IMG/VR virus record: IMGVR_UViG_3300046009_002028
Coordinates: 273 to 64,272 of that record
DNA from: a virus
Lineage: Duplodnaviria; Caudoviricetes
Direction: 5' to 3' (one strand)
Length of the DNA stretch: 64,000 bases
How positions within the stretch are numbered: the stretch's first letter is position 1; every line of letters starts with the position of its first letter. The position numbers and the translations under genes were made by a program. The notes under the pieces are model-generated. The model saw nothing but the letters and a program-made list of their open reading frames with translations, had not been told where the DNA came from and did no database searches. Below are positions 9,622-18,711 of the stretch, piece after piece.

Positions 9622-9637
9622 GCTCTTATATAAGAGG
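9622..9637. repeat. palindrome copy 3 (GCTCTTATATAAGAGG)
   Basis: One mismatch; directly upstream of the RBS of 9337..9600. Confidence 0.85.
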
Positions 9638-10023
9638 ATTGATTAAGACCGCACACTGTGCGGTTTCGCCTATACAAGGCTCGTCAGTTAATCTTATTGT
9701 GTTTAGGCTCAAGCGTTATGAAGCGAGTTGGCTATTACACCGCGTCCACCTCTGCTCGTATTCATGCCATGCACATTCCCATTCGGTATGCCACCCGTCA
9801 GTCGCACCACTTATCAGATACTTAATACTGGTCGTAACTTTTAACTCTTACTTGTTTTACCGCCTACACAGTAGCGGAACTTTTTTATTACGAGATGTTG
9901 AACTACTATTCTCTGCAAAGTGCAGGGTTTCATCGTAGCTTTTGCGTCATGCTTGGGTATATTGCACTTTTCTGTTTCTCGTATGTTCGTGCCAGTATGC
10001 GTATCTAACGCATGGATTAAAAA

Positions 10024-10039
10024 CCTCTTATATAAGAGG
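10024..10039. repeat. palindrome copy 4 (CCTCTTATATAAGAGG)
   Basis: Exact copy. Confidence 0.9.
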
Positions 10040-10063
10040 AATTTGGGGGGCATACTCACCAAA

Positions 10064-10076
10064 TTATTAAAGAACA
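10064..10076 (-). promoter_or_regulatory. boxA-like antitermination element TGTTCTTTAATAA
   Basis: Close to the boxA consensus TGCTCTTTAACA; about 130 nt downstream of a promoter and after a hairpin. Confidence 0.5.
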
Positions 10077-10207
10077 AGGTCGCCTAAGCGCATCATGTGC
10101 ATGACAGAATAAAGCCTGCCAATAAGACTGCATACACATGATGGGCAATGCCGTAGCACCACCACCAAAACTACTAAACTACTTAACCACTTCTTTAAAA
10201 CAACTCC

Positions 10208-10236
10208 ATTGTAGCACACTTTGAAGCGTTTGTCAA
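10208..10236 (-). promoter_or_regulatory. sigma70 promoter TTGACA-17-TACAAT driving the early operon
   Basis: Minus strand reads ttgaca aacgcttcaaagtgtgc tacaat. Confidence 0.8.
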
Positions 10237-10262
10237 CCCCCATCGTCCAGCTTCCGCTTTAA

Positions 10263-10772
10263 AATCAATGACTTAGCGTGATGTGCGTTCCATGTTCCAA
10301 ATGTTCCCATCTACGGGGTCTATTTTTGGTGTTTTGTTTTTAAACATGTTATGGATATGTGTTGTTTATAAACTCGTTATAGAGAAGTGGTGTGGGGAGA
10401 ACTCGTAGTAATGTTCCAAATGTTCCAACAATGTTCCAAAAAAACTTATGCGTAAGTGCTTGAATAATAAGTAATGTTCCAAATGTTCCAAATGTTCCAT
10501 GTTTTTTGAGAGTGAAAAGTAGATTACTGGCAAAACACACTCCGCGACCAAGTTCCAACACAAAAATGCGCTTATATATCTTTTATAAACTTAATAGTAA
10601 TATATTGATGGAACATTGCACGCGCTTTTGTCCGTGCCACGCCAGTCGTGGATTATAGCCATGTTCCATGCTACAAAATTGCTTGGAACATTACAAAAAC
10701 TTGGAACATTGCTTAAAAAATAGGCAACTGTTCGAGAACGCGTAGAACTTTTCGCTTGACTTTTGGAACATT
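10263..10772. repeat. iteron-like (A)TGTTCCA direct and inverted repeat array with IHF-type sites; putative replication origin
   Basis: Triplets at 10286-10308, 10411-10438 and 10474-10499; inverted TGGAACATT near 10609, 10685, 10702 and 10764; AT-rich core at about 10570-10608; AATCAATGACTTA at 10263. Confidence 0.75.
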
Positions 10773-10837
10773 TTTCGTGTCGATTGGCTCTGCGCTTGCG
10801 TTATACAGCCTAGTAAGTGTCTACTAACATCGAAAAA

Positions 10838-10853
10838 GCTCTTATATAAGAGG
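10838..10853. repeat. palindrome copy 5 (GCTCTTATATAAGAGG)
   Basis: One mismatch. Confidence 0.85.
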
Positions 10854-10998
10854 ATTTCGTGCGCCATACACGCATGCTAAAAACCCTAGCCCACAGGAAC
10901 CAGTGTCGTCGCTCGCCTGCTCGCTCGTTCACTCGGTTACAAAGCAAACCTCGTTCACTCGCTCGCAGGCTCGCTTGCCCCTTTGACACTGGTTCTCG

Positions 10999-11030
10999 AA
11001 AAAAAACCACACCAGAATTAACTGGTGTGG
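10999..11030 (-). terminator. Rho-independent terminator after 11051..11746
   Basis: Minus strand reads ccacaccag-ttaatt-ctggtgtgg-tttttttt. Confidence 0.85.
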
Positions 11031-11035
11031 CTTAA

Positions 11036-11051
11036 CCTCTTATGTAAGAGC
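11036..11051. repeat. palindrome copy 6, degenerate (CCTCTTATGTAAGAGC)
   Basis: Two mismatches; abuts the stop of 11051..11746. Confidence 0.7.
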
Positions 11052-11746
11052 TATTCCGGCTTGTTTATTTCAATACCCATTGAAGCCATTAGAGCCACAA
11101 TTTTATTTAGGTTTTTGTCTTTCGTTTGCACCATTAAGGCATGCGCGGATTTAACATATTTCGTTATCAATTCATCTGCACTAGATTTTTTTGGTTTAAT
11201 TACTAAATCCTTCAAACCTTTCAAGCTGGGTTGCATGGTGCGAGTGATAGGTTTTAATGTTGCACCATTTTTCTTAAGCAATACATTAGCCTTGGCATTT
11301 GCTTCGTTTACCTTTTGCTTGGCTTCTACTGAAGCATTCCATGTTGTTAGCAATTCACCGGATTTTGCCTTGCGGATTGCTAGCGATAAATCAATGGCTT
11401 GGCATGTTGCGCTAACATCTGAACGAAGAAAGCGGTTAGGGTATTTGGTTTTATCCCTTGTTTCGTTTAGCGTATTTAAAAAGCCTTTTACACTGTCAAA
11501 TTGCAATGGCTTGCCTGCTAGCAATAAATCAGTTAACCCACTATTTAATGCCATGCTATCGGTTGCATTGTTAAAGTAATTGTCTAATGTTAGCACTGAC
11601 AATGCGCGTGTTGATTTTACAATCTCGCCTTTAAAAATACTTTCAATGGTGTATTGCATTGGTTTTTTGCTTTCCGTTTTCATTCTTTCAATAGCATTAT
11701 TGAATTCAGAAGGTGTTGCATTTGGTTTTAGTTTAGGTGTTGCCAT
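11051..11746 (-). CDS. basic hypothetical protein, monocistronic, probable first early gene
   Basis: Own promoter (11795-11822), AAGGA RBS and terminator. Confidence 0.8.
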   Translation of the reverse strand: MATPKLKPNATPSEFNNAIERMKTESKKPMQYTIESIFKGEIVKSTRALSVLTLDNYFNNATDSMALNSGLTDLLLAGKPLQFDSVKGFLNTLNETRDKTKYPNRFLRSDVSATCQAIDLSLAIRKAKSGELLTTWNASVEAKQKVNEANAKANVLLKKNGATLKPITRTMQPSLKGLKDLVIKPKKSSADELITKYVKSAHALMVQTKDKNLNKIVALMASMGIEINKPE

Positions 11747-11794
11747 GATATTAATTCCTTTTAGTTAAACCCGTTGCCTTACCGAGTGATTACA

Positions 11795-11822
11795 ATTATA
11801 CAGTATTTAGTGAGTTTGTCAA
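11795..11822 (-). promoter_or_regulatory. sigma70 promoter TTGACA-16-TATAAT
   Basis: Both hexamers match the consensus exactly. Confidence 0.8.
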
Positions 11823-11860
11823 GCCTTTTAGCGCCTTCTAGCGCCTTCTAGCACCTTTTA
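11823..11860. repeat. 10-bp tandem repeat GCCTTYTAGC, about 4 copies
   Basis: gccttttagc gccttctagc gccttctagc acctttta. Confidence 0.8.
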
Positions 11861-12125
11861 AAGCCCGCTACCGCCAACCCCACTATACCCCGACCCACCC
11901 GTTTTTTAATGGGAGTCCCAGGCATCGCTTGCGCTAAGCCACAGCCAAACGATGTACAATTTTTATAATAATTAGGGGGTGGGGGGTATAAAAAGGTACT
12001 TGTCTATAACAAACTATCCATACAGAAACACCCCCCGTCACTTTTTAAAAGGGGTATAGTAAAAAAAATATATACAAAAATTTTTAGCTATGATTTAATA
12101 CGCGTGTAATCAACTTGGGCCTCCC

Positions 12126-12725
12126 ATGCAAACATTAAATGAACTGCTCCACTTCGATGATGCAGATGTCGAAGCATATATGCCTACTCTAGAACGGGTA
12201 GATGAAGTTGACGTGCACTTTGCGAAAGACATTTCGTACAGGGAAGAGGTCCGCGCACGGGCCAGAAGCACAATAGAGCTCATGCAACACGGCATGCAGG
12301 TCACAGAGACGCCGGAAACTGACCGGTTAGCCACAAAAATATTCAATGAGCAAGAACCGTTTACCCCACACAAAGAAAAACCGGATGTAATCCTGCAGCT
12401 TGAGGCGTTACTGACTAAGTACGACCATGAGGTGGTGGCAGAGTCGAAGCAAGTTCGTCGGTACGTGATGAATAAGTTGTTGATAGAGTCCGAGGAAGCG
12501 GGGAAAGCCAGCGAGCGACTCAAAGCATTGGAGCTGTTAGGTAAGATTGCAGAGGTTGGGATGTTTATTGAGCGCAGTGTGGTGACTATTGAGCACCGGA
12601 CCACTAAGGAACTTGAGTCCGAGCTAGAACAAACGTTGAAACTCCTCCTGAATCCGGAAACCAACACGTACGAAATGCCTGAGCCGGTAAAAGCCAACAT
12701 AAAAGACATCGAGATAAACATTTAA
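12126..12725 (+). CDS. probable terminase small subunit
   Basis: Immediately upstream of TerL; RLKALELLGK..(V)GMF motif. Confidence 0.75.
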   Translation: MQTLNELLHFDDADVEAYMPTLERVDEVDVHFAKDISYREEVRARARSTIELMQHGMQVTETPETDRLATKIFNEQEPFTPHKEKPDVILQLEALLTKYDHEVVAESKQVRRYVMNKLLIESEEAGKASERLKALELLGKIAEVGMFIERSVVTIEHRTTKELESELEQTLKLLLNPETNTYEMPEPVKANIKDIEINI

Positions 12726-14248
12726 TGTTCTTGGATGCCGAAAAAGTTGAACAAATCATGGCGAACTTGCATAAGTTGCCACTAGAGAAGCGGGCACCTA
12801 CCCTAAAAGTGGTTAAAGAGCTGCAAAAACGGCAGCGACGTGGGGTATCACAGACGAGTTTCCTTGATTTTGTAAAACAAATGTGGCCAGCGTTCATTAT
12901 GGGGCGGCATCACAAGATTATGGCCGAGAAATTCGAGGCAGTTGCCCGTGGGGAGATAAAACGGCTAGCAATATCACTGCCACCACGTCATACGAAGTCA
13001 GAATTTGCGTCATACCTGCTTCCGGCGTGGTTCCTTGGCAACTACCCAGACAAAAAGATAATGCAGGCGTCACATACTGCGGAGTTAGCGGTAAACTTTG
13101 GTCGGAAAGTTCGAAACTTGGTTGACTCGGAGCTATATAAAGAGACGTTCCCTGATGTAACCCTGCAAACGGATAGTAAAGCCGCTGGTCGGTGGGGCAC
13201 AAACAAGGGGGGTGTATATAATGCGCTCGGTGTGGGTGCTGGTGCGGCTGGTATGGGTGCGGATATATTCATCATCGATGACCCCCACAATGAGCAGGAT
13301 ATCATTAGTGGGAACACAGACGTGTTCGATAAGGCATGGGAATGGTACATGTCCGGTCCACGGCAACGGCTCCAGCCGGGTGGCGGGATAATTGTCGTGC
13401 ATACCAGATGGTCGAAGAAAGACCTGATAGGGAAATTACTGGACTACGCAGCAAAGAATCCAGACGCGGACCAGTGGGAGTACATCGAGTTTCCGGCAAT
13501 AATGAACGAGGGGACGGACAAAGAGTCATCGCTATGGCCTGAGTACTGGCCCCTGCCCGAGCTTAAGAAAATACAGAATACGATTGCGCCACACTTGTGG
13601 AATGCGCAGTACATGCAGCAGCCCACTGGCCTTGAAGGTGCGTTGATTAAAAAAGACTGGTGGCAGATATGGGAGAAGGAGCAACCGCCGCAATGCGAGT
13701 TTGTCATTATGTCGTTGGACGCGGCACAAGAGTCACATAACCGCTCGGACTTTAATGCGCTTACTACGTGGGGGGTGTTCCTCAACGAAGAGACGGATAC
13801 GTATAACATCATACTGTTAAACTCGGTACAAAAACGGCTGGAGTTTCCAGAACTCAAGAAGATGGTGCTGGAGGAGTATAAGGAGTGGGAGCCCGACGCC
13901 TTTATGGTGGAGAAGAAGTCAAACGGGGCGGCACTATACCAAGAGCTGCGTAGGATGGGGGTTCCGGCAGGGGAGTTTACCCCAGGCAAAGGGCAAGATA
14001 AGATTAGTCGGGTCAATGCGGTAACGGACTTATTCTCTTCTGGGTTTGTGTGGGCACCTGATAAGCGGTGGGCATACGAGGTGATTGACCAGTGCAGTGA
14101 CTTTCCAAACGGGGACCACGATGACTTAGTCGACTCCACAACCTTAGCGCTGATAAGATTCAGGCAGGGTGGGTTCATACAACTACCAAGTGATGAGCGG
14201 GAAGACCCTAGAGAGTATAGACGTGCGAATACGTTATATAATATATGA
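12725..14248 (+). CDS. terL: terminase large subunit
   Basis: PPRHTKS Walker A variant, IIDDP Walker B, TRW, YMQQP, nuclease residues SLD...VEKK...HDDLVDS. Confidence 0.95.
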   Translation: MFLDAEKVEQIMANLHKLPLEKRAPTLKVVKELQKRQRRGVSQTSFLDFVKQMWPAFIMGRHHKIMAEKFEAVARGEIKRLAISLPPRHTKSEFASYLLPAWFLGNYPDKKIMQASHTAELAVNFGRKVRNLVDSELYKETFPDVTLQTDSKAAGRWGTNKGGVYNALGVGAGAAGMGADIFIIDDPHNEQDIISGNTDVFDKAWEWYMSGPRQRLQPGGGIIVVHTRWSKKDLIGKLLDYAAKNPDADQWEYIEFPAIMNEGTDKESSLWPEYWPLPELKKIQNTIAPHLWNAQYMQQPTGLEGALIKKDWWQIWEKEQPPQCEFVIMSLDAAQESHNRSDFNALTTWGVFLNEETDTYNIILLNSVQKRLEFPELKKMVLEEYKEWEPDAFMVEKKSNGAALYQELRRMGVPAGEFTPGKGQDKISRVNAVTDLFSSGFVWAPDKRWAYEVIDQCSDFPNGDHDDLVDSTTLALIRFRQGGFIQLPSDEREDPREYRRANTLYNI

Positions 14249-14625
14249 GAGACATCGCTCGCAAACGCCAGAAGACTAAGGAATGGACACTAAAAAATCC
14301 GAGGCGGGTGTGGGCGGGAGCTGCGGTAAAGAGTGCGAAGCACAGAATTAAGGGTAAAGAAATCCCTTTTAATCTAACGATAGATTATGTTGAAAGTATT
14401 TTAACAGATAGATGCCCAATATTTAACACTGAGTTTAAGTGGATGGGCAATAAAAAGGCGCGAGATACTAGCCCAGCATTAGACAGAATAATTCCTTCAA
14501 AAGGTTACGTTATTGGGAATGTCGTGGTAATATCATGCAAAGCTAACAACATCAAAAGTGCTTATATGTCAACCGAAATATTTAAAGTAGCGGAATGGCT
14601 ACAAACTATTGAAACGCAAGGATAA
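14245..14625 (+). CDS. free-standing HNH-type endonuclease
   Basis: IPFNLT...CPI...SPALDRIIPSKGYVIGNVVVISCKANNIK. Confidence 0.8.
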   Translation: MRDIARKRQKTKEWTLKNPRRVWAGAAVKSAKHRIKGKEIPFNLTIDYVESILTDRCPIFNTEFKWMGNKKARDTSPALDRIIPSKGYVIGNVVVISCKANNIKSAYMSTEIFKVAEWLQTIETQG

Positions 14626-14628
14626 AAA

Positions 14629-17130
14629 ATGGCAAACAATGTAGACAAAAGCGTATATACCGCCCCGCAGGGATTAGAATCATTAGATGATAATGAGCCG
14701 GATATCCAGATTGAAGTAGAAGACCCGGAAAGCATGGCGATTACTGCGGGCGGCATGACCATTGTGCTGCAGCCAGAACCAGAAGGCCCAGACGACTTTG
14801 ATGCTAACTTAGCTGAGTTTATGGACGAAAGTGATTTAACCGAGTTGTCAGGTGACTTGCTCGGTGATTATGACGCAGACGAAGCGTCGCGCAAAGAGTG
14901 GCTGGATACCTATGTTGATGGTATTGAGTTATTAGGAATGAAGATAGAAGACCGTACCGAGCCTTGGCCTGGTGCGTGTAGTGTGTTTCACCCATTGTTA
15001 AGTGAGGCATTGGTTAAGTTCCAAGCTGAGACCATGATGGAGACGTTCCCAGCAGCCGGTCCAGTTAAGACGCTTATCATTGGTAAAGAAACTAAAGAGA
15101 AAGCAGAAGCAGCAGTTCGTGTTAAAGACGACATGAACTATCAATTAACCGAGGCAATGCCAGAGTATCGCCCAGAACAAGAACGACTTCTATGGGGCCT
15201 AGGATTAAGCGGCAATGCCTTTAAGAAGGTGTACTACGACCCATCACTAGAACGCCAAGTTGCGGTCTACGTACCAGCAGAAGATATTGTGGTGCCATAC
15301 GGCGTATCGTCACTGCAAACAGCATCACGTGTAACGCACATCATGCGTAAGACAGAGAACGAGCTACGCAAGCTACAAGTGGCAGGGTTCTATCGTGACA
15401 TTGACTTGGGTGAGCCAACTCACACTATTGAGGAAGTAGAGAAAAAGATTGCGGAGAAGATGGGCTTCAATGCAACGATGGACGACCGCTTTAAAGTACT
15501 CGAGATGCACGTCGACTTAGACCTTCCGGGGTACCAAGACGAAGATAAAGAAGGTGAACCTACAGGCATTGCCCTCCCATATGTGGTTACATTGGAACGT
15601 GGTACAGGCGAGATTTTGGCAGTTCGACGTAACTGGAACCCTGAAGATAAGACTAAACAGAAGCGTCAACACTTCGTGCACTACGGTTACATACCGGCTT
15701 TTGGGTTTTATTGCTTTGGGTTAGTTCATCTAATTGGTGCCGCAGCTAAGTCAGGCACGATGTTGTTACGTCAGTTGGTAGACGCAGGTACGCTATCTAA
15801 CCTTCCAGGCGGATTCAAATCACGTGGCTTACGTATTAAAGGGGACGACACACCGATTGCTCCAGCGGAGTTCCGTGATGTAGATGTCCCTAGTGGCACA
15901 ATCCGTGACAATATCTTACCGCTACCATACAAAGAGCCATCACAAGTACTGATGGGGTTGATGAACCAAATCATTCAAGATGGTCGTTCATTTGCTAATG
16001 CGGCAGACATACAAGTCTCTGATATGTCAGGTAACTCTCCAGTTGGTACAACACTAGCTATTCTTGAGCGTACATTGAAGGTAATGAGTGCGGTTCAAGC
16101 ACGTATCCACTATGCGATGAAGCAAGAGTTCAAGTTATTGGCAGGCATTATCCGTGACTATACGCCAGAAGAGTATAGCTACGAGCCAGAAGAAGGTGAC
16201 CGCAAAGCTAAACAAGCCGATTACGATATGGTAGAGGTGATACCTGTATCAGACCCTAACGCTGCTACGATGAGTCAAAAAGTGGTTCAGTACCAAGCAG
16301 TCATGCAGATGGCACAAGCAAATCCACAAATCTACGACTTACCAGAGCTTAATCGACAAATGCTCGAGGTATTAGGTATTAAGAATATTGGTAAGCTAAT
16401 TCCGACAACTGATGACCAAAAACCACGTGACCCTGTTACAGAAAATATGGCCATCATTAACGGTAAACCAGTCAAAGCATTTGAGCACCAAGACCACGAG
16501 GCGCACATTAAAGTGCACTTAGCGTTCTCACAAGACCCAAAACTAGCCGAACTCATTGGACAAAACCCGAAAGCGCAAAGCATTGTAGCCGCTGGGTATG
16601 CTCATTTAAACGAACATATTGCTTTTGCGTATAAACGTCAGCTAGAAGATGAGTTAGGTGTAGAGCTTCCAAAAGAAGATTTACCATTACCAGAAGAAGC
16701 TGAAGCAGAAATTGCTAGATTAACTGCAACTGCAGCACAACAACTACTTCAAAAGAGCCAAGCCGAAACACAACAAAAACAAGCAGAGCAACAAGCACAA
16801 GACCCATTGGTGCAAATGCAACAGCAAGAGCTTGCGATTAAGGATAAAGAAGTCAGTATTAAAGATAAGAAAACTGATGCAGATATTCAAGAAGGGATTG
16901 AGCGACTTAAAGTTGAACGTGAGCGCATCGCTTCTACAGAACGCATTGCAATAATGAACGCGGATGATAAGAAGACTTTACGAGGTGTTGAGTTAGGGTT
17001 CGACGCAGTTAAAACTGACAAAGAGCTAAAAGTTAAACAATCTATGGAAGGTGTAAAACTTGGTATGCAAGCGGTTAAAACACAAAAAGAACATGAATTA
17101 AAATTACAACCAAAGGAACCTAAAAAATGA
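14629..17130 (+). CDS. portal protein (P22-like, long C-terminal Q-rich helix)
   Basis: Position after TerL; HPLLSEA, G.AFKKVYYD, FY..GL.HL motifs. Confidence 0.9.
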   Translation: MANNVDKSVYTAPQGLESLDDNEPDIQIEVEDPESMAITAGGMTIVLQPEPEGPDDFDANLAEFMDESDLTELSGDLLGDYDADEASRKEWLDTYVDGIELLGMKIEDRTEPWPGACSVFHPLLSEALVKFQAETMMETFPAAGPVKTLIIGKETKEKAEAAVRVKDDMNYQLTEAMPEYRPEQERLLWGLGLSGNAFKKVYYDPSLERQVAVYVPAEDIVVPYGVSSLQTASRVTHIMRKTENELRKLQVAGFYRDIDLGEPTHTIEEVEKKIAEKMGFNATMDDRFKVLEMHVDLDLPGYQDEDKEGEPTGIALPYVVTLERGTGEILAVRRNWNPEDKTKQKRQHFVHYGYIPAFGFYCFGLVHLIGAAAKSGTMLLRQLVDAGTLSNLPGGFKSRGLRIKGDDTPIAPAEFRDVDVPSGTIRDNILPLPYKEPSQVLMGLMNQIIQDGRSFANAADIQVSDMSGNSPVGTTLAILERTLKVMSAVQARIHYAMKQEFKLLAGIIRDYTPEEYSYEPEEGDRKAKQADYDMVEVIPVSDPNAATMSQKVVQYQAVMQMAQANPQIYDLPELNRQMLEVLGIKNIGKLIPTTDDQKPRDPVTENMAIINGKPVKAFEHQDHEAHIKVHLAFSQDPKLAELIGQNPKAQSIVAAGYAHLNEHIAFAYKRQLEDELGVELPKEDLPLPEEAEAEIARLTATAAQQLLQKSQAETQQKQAEQQAQDPLVQMQQQELAIKDKEVSIKDKKTDADIQEGIERLKVERERIASTERIAIMNADDKKTLRGVELGFDAVKTDKELKVKQSMEGVKLGMQAVKTQKEHELKLQPKEPKK

Positions 17131-17321
17131 TAGACGGTACGTTAGGCATCTTATTAAGCCAAATCGAAGAACGTCGCAAAGCAGTTATTGAATCTCTTGG
17201 CGATGGTGCAGCCAAGGATTTTGGTGCCTATCAACAAGCTGTCGGTATGGTTCGAGGTCTACTTACCGCACAGTCTTTAATATCAGACCTCGCAAAAAAT
17301 CTGGAGATGGACGATGAGTAA
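17127..17321 (+). CDS. small head-module protein
   Basis: Y...VG...GL pattern; sits between portal and GroES. Confidence 0.75.
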   Translation: MIDGTLGILLSQIEERRKAVIESLGDGAAKDFGAYQQAVGMVRGLLTAQSLISDLAKNLEMDDE

Positions 17322-17721
17322 AGTAAATCTGGCGCAAGCGGTAGATTTGTCGGCGGTGTTAAACCAGCCCGAAGAACCTACACAAGTAGTTACGCAACTA
17401 CCAGAGCCAAAAGGATATCGCATTTTGTGTGCAGTCCCTGAAGCTGATGATAAGTACGAAAGCGGAATTATTAAAGATAGTTCTACTAAACGTATTGAAG
17501 AGAACGGCACAGTAGTATTGTTCGTGTTAAAAATGGGCGACCTTTGCTACAAAGAAGAAGCGAAGTTCCCTACAGGTGCATGGTGTAAACAAGGCGATTT
17601 TGTCCTTACCCGTGCATACGCAGGTACTCGTTTTAAAATCCACGGAAGAGAATTCCGCATAATCAACGATGATACTGTCGAGGGTGTAGTAGACGACCCA
17701 CGCGGTTATACTCGCGCATAG
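17314..17721 (+). CDS. groES: GroES-like co-chaperonin
   Basis: P.GYRIL, SGII, GDFVL..YAGT, EFRIINDD.V.GVV. Confidence 0.85.
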   Translation: MSKVNLAQAVDLSAVLNQPEEPTQVVTQLPEPKGYRILCAVPEADDKYESGIIKDSSTKRIEENGTVVLFVLKMGDLCYKEEAKFPTGAWCKQGDFVLTRAYAGTRFKIHGREFRIINDDTVEGVVDDPRGYTRA

Positions 17722-17730
17722 GAGAAATAT

Positions 17731-18711
17731 ATGGCTGCACAACCAGAGTTTGATGATGATTTTGAATTTCCAGATGAAAAGGAAGTTCATATTGTTGGGA
17801 AAGATAATGTAAAAGTAACGACAGACGCTGCCGATATTGAAATTGATATCATAGACGACACTCCCGTAAAAGACCGTAATCGGGAACGACTACCAAAAGA
17901 AATAGTCGAAGAGTTAGAAAAAGACGACCTGACGGAATATTCTGAAGGCGTTAAAAAACGAATGGCACAACTTACTAAAGTTTACCATGATGAACGGCGC
18001 GAAAAAGAAGCGGCAGCAAGGGAACGTGAAGAAGCGGTTAAATTTGCGCAAACTATTGTCGAAGAAAATAAAAGACTAAAATCATCATTAACATCTGGTG
18101 AACAAGTTTATATAGAAGTAGCTAAGAAATCTGCGACTAATGAGTTGGATATGGCTAAACGGGATTACCGCGAAGCGTATGACTCAGGCGATACAGATAA
18201 GATTATTGATGCGCAACAGCGCATGAATGAAGCACAATATAAACTTACACAAACAAATAATTATCGTTTACAACATAATAATGCTTTACAAGACGAGGAT
18301 TATCATGTAAATATACAACCTGAACGGCCCCAAGTGTCAAAACCCGACCGGAAAGCTCTTGCTTGGCAAGATAAGAACAGTTGGTTTGGTACAGATGAAG
18401 AAATGACTAGCCTCGCTTTGGGGTTGCATGAGAAGCTAGTTAGGAGTGGCGTAGATGCCACTTCAACAGAGTATTACACAACCATCGATAAAACGATGCG
18501 CAAACGATTCCCCGAATATTTTGAGGATGACCCGCTGGACGATGATGTACCCGCCCAACGCACTAGACCGTCGAATGTTGTAGCTTCGGCTTCGCGTAGT
18601 ACCGCGCCAAAAAAAGTACATTTGTCCAAAACTCAATTAGCCTTGGCTAAGAAGTTAGGATTAACGCCTGAACAATATGCACGTGAGACAATTAAATTGG
18701 AGAACAGATAA
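17731..18711 (+). CDS. probable capsid scaffolding protein
   Basis: Acidic coiled-coil; C-terminal LS..Q.ALAKKLGLTPEQYA; upstream of capsid. Confidence 0.75.
   Translation: MAAQPEFDDDFEFPDEKEVHIVGKDNVKVTTDAADIEIDIIDDTPVKDRNRERLPKEIVEELEKDDLTEYSEGVKKRMAQLTKVYHDERREKEAAAREREEAVKFAQTIVEENKRLKSSLTSGEQVYIEVAKKSATNELDMAKRDYREAYDSGDTDKIIDAQQRMNEAQYKLTQTNNYRLQHNNALQDEDYHVNIQPERPQVSKPDRKALAWQDKNSWFGTDEEMTSLALGLHEKLVRSGVDATSTEYYTTIDKTMRKRFPEYFEDDPLDDDVPAQRTRPSNVVASASRSTAPKKVHLSKTQLALAKKLGLTPEQYARETIKLENR

Noticed and set aside
9453-10077. ORFs 9453..9938 (+) and 9841..10077 (-)
   Set aside because: The first is antisense to the early operon. The second has no RBS and runs through the boxA-like element and a palindrome. 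Shorter real ORFs in this gap cannot be excluded.
10349-10563. ORFs with GTFGTF or LEHLEH repeats
   Set aside because: Translations of the non-coding TGTTCCA repeat array.
10286-10772. Possible CRISPR array
   Set aside because: Repeats are only 7-9 bp, irregularly spaced and in both orientations.
7055-11051. 16-bp palindromes as CRISPR repeats or integron attC sites
   Set aside because: Spacing is hundreds to over a thousand bp, there are no attC-type ends, and no cas or integrase gene was recognised.
12110-14178. Antisense ORFs over terS and terL (12110..12721, 13444..14178)
   Set aside because: Opposite well-supported genes, with no motifs or RBS.
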